NCBI GenBank assembly: GCA_043228905.1
Contig: JBHGNT010000005.1
Span: forward strand, 17,918,001 to 17,982,000
Direction of reading: 5' to 3'
DNA: 64,000 bases
DNA from: Azolla caroliniana
Taxonomy: Eukaryota; Plantae; Polypodiophyta
Shown: positions 1 to 12,437 of the stretch, one piece after another
Layout: each line of letters starts with the position of its first letter
Position numbering within the stretch: the stretch's first letter is position 1
Program-made: the position numbers and the translations under genes
The notes under the pieces: model-generated
Database searches by the model: none
What the model was told of the DNA's origin: nothing
Seen by the model: only the letters and a program-made list of their open reading frames with translations

Positions 1-160
1 AAATGTCTACATTTAGCAACTCTTCTTGTGTGCGCGATTTAGTATTACAAGTCAGTCGTGTTTAATTACATTTATTTCCATGCTCTTTTCCTATCTCTAA
101 AATGAGGAGAGAGTCTATCTCATATAGATACACCATCTTAAAAGTGATGTATATCACAAG

Positions 161-776
161 GCCGTCTTAGTTTAGCCGGTAGAGCGCGTGGCTTTTAACC
201 AGGTGGTCGTGGGTTCAATTCCCTCAGACGGCGAGAATTTCAACCCATCTCTTGGTTTCATAAATTTCCATTCCCATTCCATGCAGTGGAGCGTCTTAGC
301 TAATGTGCGTGTGGTTGCAAGGCTGTCTTACCTCAGCCGGTAGAGCGTGTGGCTTTTAACCATGTGGTCATGGGTTCGATTCCCACAGATGGTGAGAAGT
401 CCAACCATTTGTTGTTTTCCCAAACTTCACTTCCCATTCCATGGATTCGTTGTACAAAATGTATACATGAGCAACCTCTTCTTTTGGGCCCTATTTTGTA
501 TGACAAGTCGGTCGTGTTTAATTACCTTGAGTTCCATGCTCTTTTTATCTCTTGAAGATGAGGAGAGAGTGTGTCTTGTATAGAGACACCATCTTAATAT
601 CATTCTATACCCTAGGAGAAAGTAATGTATACCACAAGACCGTCTTACATCAGCTTGTAAAGCGCGTGCCTTTTAACCATATGAGAAAATAATGTACCGC
701 AAGGCCATTTTAGCTTAGCTAGTAGAGCACGTGGCTTCTAAACATGTGGTCGTGTGTTTGATTCCGACAGACGATG
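161..776 (+). pseudogene. Degenerate tRNA-Lys copies starting at 161, 322, 639 (truncated) and 704
   Basis: Recognisable tRNA-Lys sequence with stem mismatches or A/B-box substitutions. Confidence 0.8.
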
Positions 777-1019
777 AGAAGTTCAACCCATCACTTGGTT
801 TCACAAACATCACTTCCCATTCCATGCATTCGTTGTACATAATGTATACACTGAGCAACTCTTCTTGTAGGCGCGATTTAGTATGACAAGTCGGTCATGT
901 TTAATTACATTGATTTCCATGCTCGTTTCCTCTCTCGAAAATGAGGAGAGAGTGTCTCTTGCATAGATTCATGATGATAATATAATTCTACATCCTAGAA
1001 GAAACCAATGTACTTCATG

Positions 1020-1092
1020 GCCATCTTAGCTCAGCTGGTAGAGCGCGTGGCTTTTAACCACGTGGTCGTGGGTTCGATTCCCACAGATGGCG
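1020..1092 (+). tRNA. tRNA-Lys(UUU), fully paired cloverleaf
   Basis: Acceptor GCCATCT/AGATGGC+G, D stem GCTC/GAGC, anticodon stem CGTGG/CCACG with loop CTTTTAA, T stem GTGGG/CCCAC with loop TTCGATT; intact A and B boxes. Confidence 0.9.
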
Positions 1093-1380
1093 AGAAGTTC
1101 AAACCATCTGTTCGTTTCCCAAACTTCACTTCCCATTCCATGCATTCGTTCTACAAAATGTCTCTTGGTTTCCCAAACTTCACTTCCCATTCCATGCAGT
1201 CATTACCTTTATTTGGATGCTCTTTTCCTCTCTTAGAGATGAGGAGAAAGTGTCTCTATGCATTACCTTTATTTGGATGCTCTTTTCCTCTCTTAGAGAT
1301 GAGGACAAAGTGTCTCTTGCATAGATTCATGGTCATAATATAATTCTACTCCCTGGGAGAAACCAATGTACCACCTCATG

Positions 1381-1453
1381 GCCATTTTAGCTCAGCCGGT
1401 AGAGTGCGTGGCTTTTAACCACGTGGTCGTGGGTTCGATTCCCACAAATGGCG
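1381..1453 (+). tRNA. tRNA-Lys(UUU), foldable variant
   Basis: Acceptor GCCATTT/AAATGGC fully paired, one G-U in the D stem, anticodon and T arms intact. Confidence 0.75.
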
Positions 1454-1938
1454 AGGACTTTAACCCATCGCTTGGTTTCCTAAACTTAACTTTCCATTCC
1501 ATGCATTCGTTGTACAAAATGTCTACATTGAGTAACCTCTGCTTGTGGGTATGATTTTGTATGACAAGTCGATCGTGTTTAATTACATTGATTTGCACCC
1601 TCTTTTCCTCTCTCAAAGATGAGGAGAGAGTGTGACAAAATGTCTACATTGAGTAACCTCTTCTTGTGGGCACGATTTTGTATGACAAGTCGATCGTGTT
1701 TAATTACATTGATTTCCATTCTCTTTTCCTCTCTCAAAGATGAACCACGTGGTCGTGTGTCTCGTGTGGTCGTGTGTTTTATTCCAACAGATGACGAGAA
1801 GTTCAACCCATCACTTGGTTTCACAAACATCACTTCCCATTCCATGCATTCGTTGGACATAATCTATACATTGAGCAACTCTTCTTGTGGGCGTGATCGA
1901 GTATGACAAGTCGGTCATGTTTAATTACATTGATTTGC

Positions 1939-4900
1939 CTTGTAGAAACACACGAAAGCCCAAATAGGGGACTCCCACGAGTCGAAGGATTTCGTTCGGA
2001 GTCGGCTTTTAGACAAACCTCACGTCAATGCACTACCAGGGGATCTGGAGGTGTCGCAATATTGTTTCGGAGGGAGCTACATAATAGGATAGAAATATTG
2101 AGCACAGACCTAGAAGCTCGTTTTATGTGGTTGAAAGTCTCCGCAAGCAAGGACAAGGCAGTATTTTTTGCCATTTGTTACTTTCCCCCGAAAGGCTCTC
2201 GTTATAGTCTGGCCGGCGAGGCGAGATTAGTTGATGACGGAGTGCCACATGGGCCTTCCCCATATGAACCTCTATCGGATGACATAATCCGATATTCTTC
2301 CCAAGGAGAAGTATTCTTTGTAGGAGACTTTAATGCGAGAACCCAATCCCGACAATGCACAATATTTCAAATGAATAGAAACCTAGAAATGGTAAATGTC
2401 GATCCTTTAGACATAGACACCACACGTAGATCAAAGGATCAAGGTGTGGACACCACGAGCTTTGGCCATCATTTGCTCGAACTCGGTAGTCGGCACCAGA
2501 TGGTCATATATAATGGTTTAGCCAAGTGGCCAGGTTCGGAAGAGCTCACATGTTTCCCACATGGAGGAGGGGAAAGCACAGTCGATTATCTAATAGGACG
2601 CCCTGAAGCTACCCACATGATTAACTCTTTCTGAGTGGTCCCATGTCCTATTGGCGCGGACCATAGTTTCTTATACTTCGAGCTAAAATGTGATATCTCT
2701 AACGTCACCAACTCTAGTCAACCACGCCATGACATCACAATACATTTCACACATGAGCTCTCGAACATATATGCTCGACATGTTCGAGCCCATCTCTCCT
2801 CCCTTGATCCCTCCCTACCTTTAGAGAGCCTTAGTACGAAACTCACACACATCCTTCACTCTGCAGCAGTTAGCAGTTTCCCATACACAAAACACTCCAA
2901 TACATGTAAAGTAGGATCTATGCCACAAAATAGATGGTATGATGAGGATTGTAGGTGCTTACATAGACAACTTACAATACCGCAACTTAGTGGTAGTATT
3001 AACTCAGTACAAGCTCGTAAAGAAATGCGCAAGATGACACGTCGTAAGAGACGAGCATGGGAAGCATCCCAATATTGGGAACTCTACCATCTGCTCATGA
3101 GTAGCGATTGTGCCACTGCATGGAAGAGATTACGGGAACCAAGACCACAAAAACCCATCGAAGATCCCGAAACTTGGCACACTTATACAGAGAGACTTTA
3201 CCAAATCCCAAACCAACCACCCATTCCAATGCCTTCTACACCCCGACCTATTGTGGGGACACTCTTCATGACCTCTAGGGTCACGAAGGTCATAAAGAAA
3301 TTACAACATAGGAAGTCCATGGACCACACAAGATTGCGAGCAGAACATATCATATATGCGAGAGAGTGCCTAGCTCCCTTGCTAACTCTAATCTTCAATC
3401 GTGCCCTCGTAGAGGGTTTTCCACCACAATGAACCATGAACACAGTGGCCCCCATACATAAAGGGGGGGACCCCATGGACCCAAATACTTATAGGACCAT
3501 TATGATAGGTCATACCCTTGCTAAATTATATGGTGCAGTAATGGAGGCAGAGCTTAGCGAGTTTATGGAGACCTTAAATCTTCGTGCACCTGAACAGGCT
3601 GGCTTTAGACGAGCCTTCTCCACTATTGATCATATCTTCACACTTAGATGCTTAATTGACCAGACTAACGCTCGTAAGAAGAAACTATACTGTTGTTTTG
3701 TGGACTTCCGCAAAGCCTTTGACAGAGTCCCTAGAGAGCGGTTGTTTGATAGGCTTAAGAGCTTGAGGATACCAGATGACATGGTTTGGGCCATCTACAC
3801 ACTATATGAACAAGTGTTTGGGTGTGTTCGATGCCCAAGCGGCATATCCGATAGTTTCACTAGCACTATTGGTGTAAAACAAGGTTGCCCCTTATCTCCG
3901 ACTCTTTTTGGGATCTACATTGATGAGATCACAAATTTTATTGCTCATAAGGGAGGCAATGGAGTATTCCTTGGGGATACGCAGGTGCGTATCTTGCTCT
4001 ATGCAGACGACATAGTTTTGCTCTTTGAATCCGAACACGACCTACAAAGGCACCTTAATGCCTTAGATGACTTTTGCACACAACGAGGATTGCTAGTGAA
4101 TCTAGGGAAAACTAAAGTCCTTATCTTCCACACGTCGGCCCAAGTTAGAGCTAAGTGTCACCTAACTATCTCCCATAGCCCAATTGAGGTGGTTGGATCA
4201 TATGTCTATCTCGGAGTCACTTTCAGTGCCCGCTCAGGTAAATTTTCAATGACACAAGCAGCAAAGGATAGACTTACAAGAGGACATGCATCCCTCTCAC
4301 TCCTCGAGAGACAATGCCACCAAGCATACTTCCAAGAGCCACGAACTAAAGGGTGGCTCTTTGACTCATTAGTGACTCCCTCTCTCATGTATACATCAGC
4401 GGTTTGGGCTCCAGGACTACCATCTTTCATGTGGATGCAATTAGAGAGACCATTGGTGATGATGTTATCATGCCAACTCCAAAGCAAATCTTCGGTCCCA
4501 CATGACATTATTAGGGCTGAGTTCACTCTACCCCCTGTGTTAGTAGAAGCACTTTTTCAACTTGTAGTCTTTATCCACAGGATACATAACCAACCACTTG
4601 ATAGAATATCCCACCAAGCCTTTAAGGCTTCTCGAGCACTGTACGAGTCCGGCTATACTAGCTCATGGTATGGCATGATGGTGAGTTGGCTTCTTGCCAA
4701 CGGTCTAGACATTAATAACCTCCCCCCCCTTAAGTACGACCACACGACTGATAACACTTTAATCTCTCATGAGGACCGTAATAAAGTAATACGCCAAGAA
4801 ATATGGCAAATTTATACTCGGTATAAATGGATCACCCCACTAGAGCCACTCCCATCTAAAATGTCATACTATAAGGAACACTTTATGCACTTCTCTGAGT

Positions 4901-5562
4901 TAGGTTTTATCACGCGCCCAAAATATCTAGATGTATTCTTACCACATGCACTAAGGGTTGCCATTGGTCAACTGAGAATATCATCTCACCAACTTGAGAT
5001 TGAGAATGGACGTACTAATGGAGTCCCTAGGGAGGAAAGGATATGTAGGTTATGCCACATAGAGATAGAGGATGAGTACCATTTTACATGCAAATGCCCC
5101 ACCTATGCCGAGATAAGGGGAAAATACCAAGACATACTTGATTCCTCTCCCACCCTCCCTAAACTATTAGATACACTAGATATAAAGAAATTAGGTAGAT
5201 ACATCTTAGAATTGAAACAACACAGAGAGAATAAGTTACAAAATGTTGATAATAATGTTGCTAATGTTTACCAACATGTAACAAATGAAGTTTTTCAGGA
5301 ACAGGGGGAGACAATGAATGTCGACACACCTGCACCACTCGGGCTTTTCCTTGATGAAGTAGAAAATCAAAGAAGAACCAAACGCCCTTGGATGTCGGAT
5401 TTCAAAGCAACTCGACGAGATGGAGAATCAATAAAGAAAATAAGGGAACGTGAACTACACCGCCTAGAAGCCATGGCAAGGGCACTCTATGCATCGGGAC
5501 CATGGGTCACACCCACACCAAAAACTTTTGACCTCCCACTTCTTTTTGAGAGACTTGGGTAG
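1939..5562 (+). pseudogene. LINE APE-RT ORF with two in-frame TGA stops (2632, 3430)
   Basis: ORFs 1903-2634, 2635-3432 and 3436-5562 are in the same frame. Confidence 0.9.
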
Positions 5563-5746
5563 AAATGAGATTAGGTTTAGTGCAAAGTTTTGTACACTAC
5601 TAGAACTTTCTTAGCTTAAGCTATTTTCTTTTATTTCAGTTTTGATGATTGAATAAACACTCATTTTTGTTGTAACCCAATTGTCTCATGGGCCAAATTT
5701 GGCCTTAGAAGACGTTAATATATCTTTCTTTCTTCTTTCTTTCTTT
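1939..5746 (+). mobile_element. 5'-truncated non-LTR retrotransposon (LINE, RTE/RTEX-like) inserted in the tRNA array
   Basis: APE motifs (CLVETH, VGDFNART, STVDY, ADH), RT (QAGFR, FVDFRKAFD, GVKQGCPLSP, LLYADD), C-terminal CRLC..EDEYHF..CP, and a 3' (TCTT)n tail at ~5723-5746. Array sequence resumes on both sides. Confidence 0.93.
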
Positions 5747-5837
5747 CTCTCGAAAATGAGGAGAGATTGTCTCTCGCATAAATTCATGATCATAATATAA
5801 TTCTACATCCTAGTTTAAACCAATATATCACCTCATG

Positions 5838-5910
5838 GCCATCTTAGCTCAGGTGGTAGAGCGCGTGGCTTTTAACCACGTGGTCGTGGGTTCGATTCCC
5901 ACAGACGGCG
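5838..5910 (+). tRNA. tRNA-Lys(UUU), near intact
   Basis: All arms canonical except an A4:C69 mismatch in the acceptor stem. Confidence 0.72.
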
Positions 5911-6130
5911 AGAAGTTTAAACCATTTGTTCGTTTCCCAAACTTCACTTCCCATTCCATGCATTCATTGTACAAAATGTCTACATTGAGCAACCTCTTCT
6001 TGTGGGTCCAATTTTGTATGACAAATCGGTCGTGTTTAATTATATTGATTTGCATCTTGTTTTCCTCTCTCGAAGATTCACCATCTTAATATAATCCTAT
6101 ACCCTAGGAGAAAGTAATGTAGACCGCAAG

Positions 6131-7177
6131 GTTTTCCTTGCTCAGCCGGTAGAGCACGTGGCTTTTAACCACGTGTTCATCGGTTCGATTCACATAGACG
6201 GCGAGAAGTTCAACCCATCTCTTGGATTCCCAAACTTCACTTCCCATTCCATGTTGTCATTATCTTTAGTTGCATGCTCTTTTCCTCTCTTAACGATGAG
6301 GAGGGAATGTCTCTCACATAGATTCATGATCATAATATAATTCTACACCCTAGGAGAAATCAATGTACCACCTCATGGCCAACTTAGCTCAGTTGGTAGA
6401 GCGCGTGGCTTTTAACCACGTGGTCGTGGGTTCGATTCCCTAGGAGAAACCAATGTACCACCTCATGGCCAACTTAGGTCAGTTGGTAGAGCGCGTTGCT
6501 TTTAACCACGTGGTCGTGGGTTCGATTCCCACAGATGGGGAGAAGTTCAACCCATCTCTTGGTTTCCCAAACTTCACTTCCCATTCCATGCATTCATTGT
6601 ACAAAATGTATACATTGAGCAACACTTTTTTGTGGACACGATTTTGTATGACAAGTCGGTCGTGTTTAATTACATTATTTTGCAAGCTCTTTTCCTCTCC
6701 CGAAAATGAGGAGAGAGTGTCTCTCGCATAGATTCACGGTCATAATATAATTCTACTCCCTTGGAGAAACCAATGTACCACCTCATTGCCATCTTAGCTC
6801 AGCCGGTATAGCGCGTGGCTTTTAACCATGTGGTCGTGGGTTTGATTCCCATTAACGGGGAGAACTTTAACCCATCTCTTGGTTTCCCAAACTTAACTTT
6901 CCATTCCATGCATTCGTTGTACAAAATGTCTACATTGAGCAACCTCTTCTTGTGGGCACGATTTTGTATGACAAGTCGGTCGTGTTTAATTCCATTGATT
7001 TACATCATCTTTTCGTATCTCAAAGATGAGGAAAGAGTGTGTCTCGTATTGATTCACCATCTTGATATTTTTCTATACCCTAGGAGAAACTAATGTACCG
7101 CAAGGATGTCTTAGCTCAGCCGGTAAAGCGCATGGCTTTTACCCACATCGTCATGTGTTCGATTCCCACAGACGGCG
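6131..7177 (+). pseudogene. Degenerate tRNA-Lys copies at 6131, 6378 (3' truncated), 6468, 6788 and 7105
   Basis: Multiple stem mismatches; 6351-6440 is locally duplicated at 6441-6530. Confidence 0.8.
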
Positions 7178-7669
7178 AGAAGTTCAACCCATCTCTTGGT
7201 TTAAGAAACATCAATTCCCATTCCATGCAGTCATTGGAAAATATGAATCGATTGAGCAACCTATTCATGTTGGTGAAGTTTAGTATCGCAAATTGGTCGT
7301 GTTTAATTACCTTTAGTTGCATGGTCTTTTCCCATTTATGGGTTGCAATTTTTTTGAGAGACAAGTTCAACATCAGCCGGATCGGACGAGAGCGAAAACC
7401 GATCGGAGGTAGCCGAGTCGGTTCAGATGTTTGATTCAGACACACTGAATCAACCGAGGCCCAAGCGGAAGAAAAGGCAGCAGAAGAAGCGTCAACACCG
7501 CAACAGCAGAAGAGCTGATGAGGGCCACATGAGCAGACAAGCCGACCGATAGGGTCGAAGCGCGCGAAGTCGAACAAGTCGAGGAGCGCGTGCAAGGCAT
7601 GAAGCCAGGAGGAACCGGAGCTGTGAGCCCGAGGATCCCGACGAGCCTCGAGTTGAGCTTGAGGGGGAG

Positions 7670-8074
7670 TGTTGAGAGACAAGCTCAACATCGGCCGGAT
7701 CGGCTGAAGAAGCCGAGGACTGGATCGGTTGGGACCGATCTGTTAGGCCGAGTGCGTAAACCGGGAGGCCGTTAGGAAAGATATTCCGTGAGGAATATAT
7801 TTGGGAGTTAGTGTAGGAGCTCTTAATGAGCCTTGAAGTACTATCAGTACTTCAGTCAGTCCTTCGAGGACTTGTATAAAAGTGTTCATGGAACACACGT
7901 ATGTATAGAGTAGTGAATCGAGATTTTTCTTGGTTGTTGAATATAGTTCTTGTGTTCTCTCTCACTCTCTCTGTCTCTCCTGCGTATACTACGTAAGCTC
8001 AAGCTCTCCATTAAACCTGAGTTTTCTTCCTTCTGTTCTGTCTTCATACCTGCTTCCGCACGCTACTTTCTACA
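7670..8074 (+). repeat. Copia LTR (middle/5')
   Basis: TGTTGAGAG...TTCTACA; about 8 differences by eye from 19943-20347. Confidence 0.95.
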
Positions 8075-11000
8075 TGGTATCAGAGCGTGAGGGTTGAGAA
8101 CCTCTCTGCAGCCGACACAGCTTGACGAAGAAGAACAAGAAGAACGATGGATAGAGGCATGGCGAGCTCGCTTCCAACAGAGAAGCTCGACAGAACCAAC
8201 TACGCGTCTTGGTCTTACAAGATGCACCAGTACCTGCTCGGGCACGGCTACTGGAGTTATGTCAAAGGAACTAATGACACGGCACCCGAATCGACAGACA
8301 GAGACTTCCCGTCGTGGGAGCAATCGGCGAGCAGGGTATTGTACTGCTTCGCGTCGTGTGTGGGCGAACAGCTATTGAGCTATGTTCGGGATGCAAAGAC
8401 GTCGAAGGGTGCGTGGGAAAATCTGAAGAAGATTTTCGCCGCGAGCACCACAGCCAGGAAGCTTCAGCTCCGACAGGAGTTGAGCAACCTACGACAACGC
8501 GACTTGTCGGTGGCAGACTATACCTCGAAGATCAAGGATATTTGCGACTCCCTCGCCTCCATAGAGGTGAACATCGAGGAGAGTGAGATTGTCTAGATCT
8601 GTCTCGGAGGTTTGGCGTCGAAGTCCGGAGCGTTCCGAATGGCAGTGTATACCCGGGAGAATACGCCGTCCTTTTTCGATTTACAGTCAATGCTCCTGGT
8701 GGAGGAGAACCACGCGGGTGCGTCTACAAGCACGCACACCGACAGCATAATGTTGTACACGGAGGGAGATAGGCCCCATGGACGTGGAGGACGAGGCGAG
8801 TCGGCACGCAATGGAGGCGGCCGACGAGATCAAGGAAGAAGGCACCGAAGTGATGCCGACAGCAACTCCGGACCCTCCAGAAACAGGGGAAATCGGCAGC
8901 GATCGCACTACGCCGAAGACTCCGGGAGAGCCGGAGAAGGGTCTGCTTTCGTGACGAGACACGAAGCAAACTCAATGAAACGGACCACCCCGAGATCGGA
9001 CGAGGTGTGGTACGTAGACTCCGGCGCGTCAAACCACATGACGAGCCATAAGGAGTGGTTCTCGTACCTCGAAAAACCGATACAACCTCGAGTAGTCGCA
9101 ACTGGAGATGACACTTCGCATCCGATCGCGAATGTCGGAGAAGTTCCCCTTAGCCATGTCAAGCAGAAAGGGAAACTCATGAACGTGCTGCACGTTCCGA
9201 CAATCACGAAGAACTTGGTCTCGGTCGGACAGATCGTCGACCAAGGGATGGAGGTTCGGTTTACACACCTCGGGTGCTTCATTGAGGAAGAAGGCCGTGT
9301 GATTGCGCAAGGGCGCAGAGACGGGAGGATGTTCATCCTCGACTCCATTGACGGCGGCACCGCAATGTTCGCGAAGGGACAAAAACCCGAGTCAGACATC
9401 GACTTGTGGCACAAGCGGATAGGCCACGTCAACTACCAGCGGCTTCAAGATCTGCAATTGAAACAGGTAGTGTTCGGATTGCCCAAATTTAGTGGCCGAA
9501 AGGCACAAATTTGTGAAGCCTGCCAGCTCGGGAAGCAACACCGACTTCCTTTCCCCAACGAGCGAAACCAGAGCCGGAACAAGCTCGACCTTATACACTC
9601 CAATGTGTGGGGGCCAGCACAAAACGTTAGTCTTGGCGGGAGCCGATATTTCGTCTCCTTCATCAACGACCACACGCGGCACACGTGGATCTACCTCATT
9701 GAGAGGAAGAGCAAAGTCTTCGACTGTTTCCGGGACCTCAAAGGGTTCGTGGAAACGGAAACGGGACGAAAGATCAAGTGCCTGCGGTCGGATGGCGAGA
9801 AAGAGTACTTTTCTGGTCAATTCAATGGTTATCTACAACAAATGGGAATTCGGCGCGAATTCAGTTGTAGATACACGCCAGAGCAGAATGGCGTGGCCGA
9901 GAGGAAGAATCGGTCAGTTGTGGAAGCAGCACGGGCAATGATGGAGGAGAAGAGCTTGCCCAAGTTCTACTGGGCCGAGGCAGTAAGGACCGCGGTATAC
10001 ATCCAGAACCGGATCGGAGACAAAGTGTCAGCGCACGAGCTGTATTTCGGAACGAAGCCGAACTTGCGACACTTGAGGGTGTTCGGTAGCATTGCGTATG
10101 TGCATGTACCGAAGGAGAAAATGAGGAAGCTGGACGCAAAGCCGAGAAATGCATCTTGGTCGGTTACTCGGATGAGCAGAAGGGTTATAAGTGCTATAAC
10201 CCTCGCACCAAACAAGCGCGTGTCAGCCGCGACGTTGTGTTTGACGAGTCCGCGTCCTGGTACCAGCCCCCAACTCCGAACCCCGACTCCAATCCGAGTT
10301 CTGACGATGAGGTCAGCAAGGCCGAGATGCCTCCGGATGAGCCCAAAATCGAGACCCCCCGAAGAGAGTCCGATTTCACTCCGTTTAAGTGGACCGATTG
10401 GACGACTAAGTTGGTACGACCAGTCCGATGAAGAGCCGGCAAGTAGTGGAGACTTGGTCGTGCATTCCCCGCGCAGGAAGCCGAGGAGACGGCTTACGCG
10501 CAAAGAGAAAGGGAAGAAGAAGGTGTCGGATTCTGGCACGGATAGGAACGAGTCAGACTGACGCGAGTCCGACTCCGAGGGAACCGGTGACGGGTCTTTA
10601 AAGGTGAAGACCGCGTCAACCGAGAAGGCCTCGACATACGCTAATGTGAGATTACGCCGATCTACCTGCCAGAAGAACCCTGTCTTGCGGTTCGGATACA
10701 ACGAGTACATGGCGCATCATTATGCGTACATGACCTGTGTAGCGGAAGAGCGTGAACCGGAGAGCTACGCAGAAGCGGCTAAAGACGCGAATTGGCGTGC
10801 CGCGATGGAGGAAGAGATGCATGCATTGGCGGAGAATGAGACCTGGGACCTAGTTGACGCACCAAGAGGGGTAAAACCGATCGGGTGTAGGTGGGTGTAC
10901 AAGGTCAACACCAATGGCTCGGTCAACCGGTACAAGGCTCGGCTAGTGGCAAAGGGCTACGCGCAGAAACACGGCATCGACTACGATGAGACGTTTGCGC

Positions 11001-12437
11001 CGGTCGTGAAAATGACGACCGTCCGTGTTTTGCTCGCAGTAGCTGCGGTGAAGGGGTGGCACTTACATCAGATAGATGTAAAGAATGTGTTCCTGCAAGG
11101 TGACCTTGAGGAACAGGTGTACATGGTACAGCCCCCCGGATTTCATTCTAGAACAAACTCCTCGGCAGTATGCCGACTGAAGAAGTCCCTTTACGGACTA
11201 AAGCAAGCCCCGCGTGCCTGGAACGCGAAGATCACGCAACAACTGCGTCGGATGGGCTTCGTCAAGTCAAAATCAGACTCTTCCCTATTTATCCGGAAAG
11301 GTCGACTCGGACCGGTTAGTATTTTACTATATGTTGATGACTTGGTCATCACCGGCGCCGACCTACGTGAAATCGACCGCGTGAAGCTCCAGCTTGCGGC
11401 ATCGTTCGACATGAAGGATCTAGGGGACCTTCATTACTTCCTCGGGATCGAAGTGATCCGTACCCCCAAAGGCATATTGATCAGCCAACGTCACTATGTG
11501 CTGAGTATGCTCTTCAAATTCGGGATGGCCGACTGTAAGTCCGTCTCGACTCCTCTGGACAGAACCGTCAAGCTTCGTCCCGATACGGGAAAGGTATGCG
11601 ACCCAATGAGGTTCCGACAAATTGTCGGAAGCCTCATATACTTGACCATCACCCGACCCGACCTCAGTTATCCGGTCGGAGTGATCAGTCAGTTCATGGT
11701 GCGACCTACCAAGGAGCACCTCTAGTGTGCGCAACGCATACTTCGGTATGTCAACGGCACTAAGGACCGGGGACTGCTATATCGGACCGATGCAGCCGCA
11801 CAGTTAGTCGGCTACACTGATGCTGATTGGGCTGGCAACGCCGCCAATCGCCGATCCACGTCCGGATACGTGTTCTCCCTCGAGAGTGTCGCGATCGCGT
11901 GGAGCAGTAAGAAGCAGCCGACAGTTGCATTAGCGAGCACCGAAGCTGAGTACCGATGTTAAGAGTCTATTACTAATCAATAGACCAAATCAAGTAAAAA
12001 GGAAGAAAATAGATTGGATAGAAGAACCCGTTCCACCCGACCACCCCCGAGCTATGATCTAGACATAGCCAACCTACCACCGACGTCCCATACCGCCGGA
12101 TATTAGGGTGACTAATACCTTGGAAGAGATAAACACGATCGTCGAGACGAAAGCCTAGCCCGCACCACCGGTGTCTACGACAGCAGCCTTCCGACGTGAT
12201 GATCCCTATGAGGGTAGCTAAGCCTCATATTTATACCTTTTCCTAGGCCCCTTGAATAGATGTGCCTTTCTAAAAGGCTCTCTATTCATTGGTTGTCTAA
12301 ATCATGATAGTGCATGCACATATCATTCATTCTATCCAATCATTAGTCCCCTTTTTAATAATAGTGAACATACCCTTCACTAATGTAAATATTAGTGACC
12401 TACCCTCACCAACGTTATGTGTACATAACATACTCCC

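Noticed and set aside
1093-1330. tRNA-snoRNA dicistron
   Set aside because: No conserved box C (RTGATGA)/box D (CTGA) pair or H/ACA layout is visible in the trailer; an Rfam search would be needed to exclude other ncRNAs.
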